Origin: an uncultured Chloroflexia bacterium
Lineage (GTDB): Bacteria; Chloroflexota; Anaerolineae; Anaerolineales; Anaerolineaceae
Assembly: GCA_963704755.1 (NCBI GenBank)
Contig: OY969938.1
Location: 3,300,001-3,332,000 of the forward strand
Direction: 5' to 3'
DNA: 32,000 nucleotides
Below the pieces are notes generated by a model. That model searched no databases. It was not told where the DNA came from and saw only the letters and a program-made list of their open reading frames with translations. Of the stretch, positions 30,757 to 32,000 are shown piece after piece (within the stretch, counting starts at the first letter, position 1; the number at the start of each line of letters is the position of its first letter). A program made the translations under genes and the position numbers.

Positions 30757-32000
30757 TCAAGCCTTGCTCGTGACCCATCGGTCTGTAACGGTTAAGAGCA
30801 TCGCCAAGACGCTAACCGCAAGCATAATGATCGCAATAACATTGAGCCCGGAATCCGAAACACTCTTTTGAAAAACTATGCTGATTATGGCTGTTGAAGC
30901 AATGGAACCTAAATATCCGGCAGTGCGGAAAAGTCCAGAAGCGGTTCCGAGCTGGTCTGCGGTAGACAGTTTATAAATGGCTGCTTGATTTCCGATAATC
31001 ATTGACCCCATCGTGACGCCGAATAAAACAGTGATTATCACAATGAATATGACCGAAGACGCCGTGGACAGAAAGAGAGCGCAAACAGAGGCAGCAATTG
31101 CGAATCCTGCAGCGATGAAGAGCGAACCGCGCACCATGTTTCTTCTGGATAACAAAAGCGCCACGACAGTTGAAACGATTACCATGGGCAACATAAGCAG
31201 TCCGGAGTTTGATGAACTTATTCCTTTTGCCACTTGCATCCATTCAGTCAGGCCATAAAGTATGGCGTAACTGCACAGCGTGAGTGCAGCAAAACGTATA
31301 TATGTACGCGTAATCGCCATATTCTTAGCAAGTAGGCGTACGTCTATGAATGGGTGTTTTACACGCAATTCCCACACAATCGATGCTGCACCGAAGATTA
31401 CGGTCAGAGCGAGAGGAATCCAAACGAAATGAGGCAGCGAGAATAGGAATATCAGGAGGGAAATCATTGTTCCCGCAAATCCGATGATTCCCATTCCATC
31501 AATACTGGAGAATACCTGGCCAAATGATTTAGCGCCATCGGTATGGATATCCCGGGGAATCCATAATATAGTTATGATAAATGCGACCAGTGCAAAGGGA
31601 ACATTAATAAAAAATGTCATACGCCATCCAACAAATTGTACGAGAGCTCCGCCAATCGGCAGTCCAATGATACTTGTAATCAGAGCAGCAATCTGAAGCG
31701 AGCCCAGTACATTTCCAGGCGGTTCGGATAGGCCGCCGGATTCAGCCCGTTGACGGATGATCAGCATGGATGATGGATAGGCTGTTGATGTGCCAATACC
31801 AATGAGAACCCTTGATATGATGAGCATAGTCAGATTCTGCCCAAATCCCCCGACTAAACCGCCCAAAAGTAAGATAATAATCCCGCTCAAAAATACCCGA
31901 CGCGGCCCTAATACTTCTGACAATTTTCCGGCGGTAGGCTGAGCAACCGTACAGGCCAGGTAGAGTACCGTGACTAATATGGTTACTTGAGCCACGGAGT
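30757..32000 (-). CDS. MFS transporter (drug/H+ antiporter-like); N-terminus off-window
   Basis: At least 12 hydrophobic segments. The MFS loop motif GKLSEVLGPRRVF sits only ~25 aa from the listed GTG start, so TM1 and part of TM2 must lie beyond position 32000. The frame stays open to the window edge. Confidence 0.85.
   Translation of the reverse strand, partial: SVAQVTILVTVLYLACTVAQPTAGKLSEVLGPRRVFLSGIIILLLGGLVGGFGQNLTMLIISRVLIGIGTSTAYPSSMLIIRQRAESGGLSEPPGNVLGSLQIAALITSIIGLPIGGALVQFVGWRMTFFINVPFALVAFIITILWIPRDIHTDGAKSFGQVFSSIDGMGIIGFAGTMISLLIFLFSLPHFVWIPLALTVIFGAASIVWELRVKHPFIDVRLLAKNMAITRTYIRFAALTLCSYAILYGLTEWMQVAKGISSSNSGLLMLPMVIVSTVVALLLSRRNMVRGSLFIAAGFAIAASVCALFLSTASSVIFIVIITVLFGVTMGSMIIGNQAAIYKLSTADQLGTASGLFRTAGYLGSIASTAIISIVFQKSVSDSGLNVIAIIMLAVSVLAMLLTVTDRWVTSKA

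Overview
This is a 32-kb mosaic, accessory-looking stretch of a bacterial chromosome. The taxon cannot be determined from the sequence, and I saw no rRNA, tRNA or CRISPR array.

Gene content, left to right:
- A partial TIR-like (CAP12-type) protein at the left edge, a GNAT acetyltransferase, a very GC-rich prenyltransferase-repeat protein and a SAM methyltransferase.
- A HigB-2/HigA-2-like toxin-antitoxin pair whose toxin carries a nonsense codon.
- A low-GC, ABC-transporter-dependent glycan locus: a Wzm/Wzt-like pair, a roughly 1100-aa three-domain glycosyltransferase split by a frameshift, and a DUF2142/GT-C-like membrane protein.
- A GC-rich block: DegV flanked by a full and a truncated copy of one helical-protein gene, a DinB-like protein, and a frameshifted PadR with a DUF4352-like membrane protein.
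- An IS with an rve-type DDE transposase, two tandem ~293-nt structured non-coding repeats, and a patch of gene remnants.
- An OmpR/histidine-kinase pair with a MacB/FtsX-type ABC exporter and a lipoprotein.
- TetR plus SDR with a consensus promoter and dual operators, a frameshifted LuxR-HTH::DUF805 fusion, Tag, an MBL hydrolase and a partial MFS transporter.

Most notable observations:
1. Four copies of an exactly 112-nt, oriented foldback MITE-like element. They share GTAAC-type termini, 8-bp flanking direct repeats, and hypervariable hairpin tips that stay almost fully paired, with compensatory changes between copies.
2. The tandem structured repeat next to the IS.
3. An unusual density of broken genes: 4 frameshifts, 1 nonsense codon and at least 4 remnants.
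4. A sharp GC patchwork.

I found no convincing complete multi-gene defence or other novel protein system in the window. All family names come from remembered conserved motifs; no database search was run.
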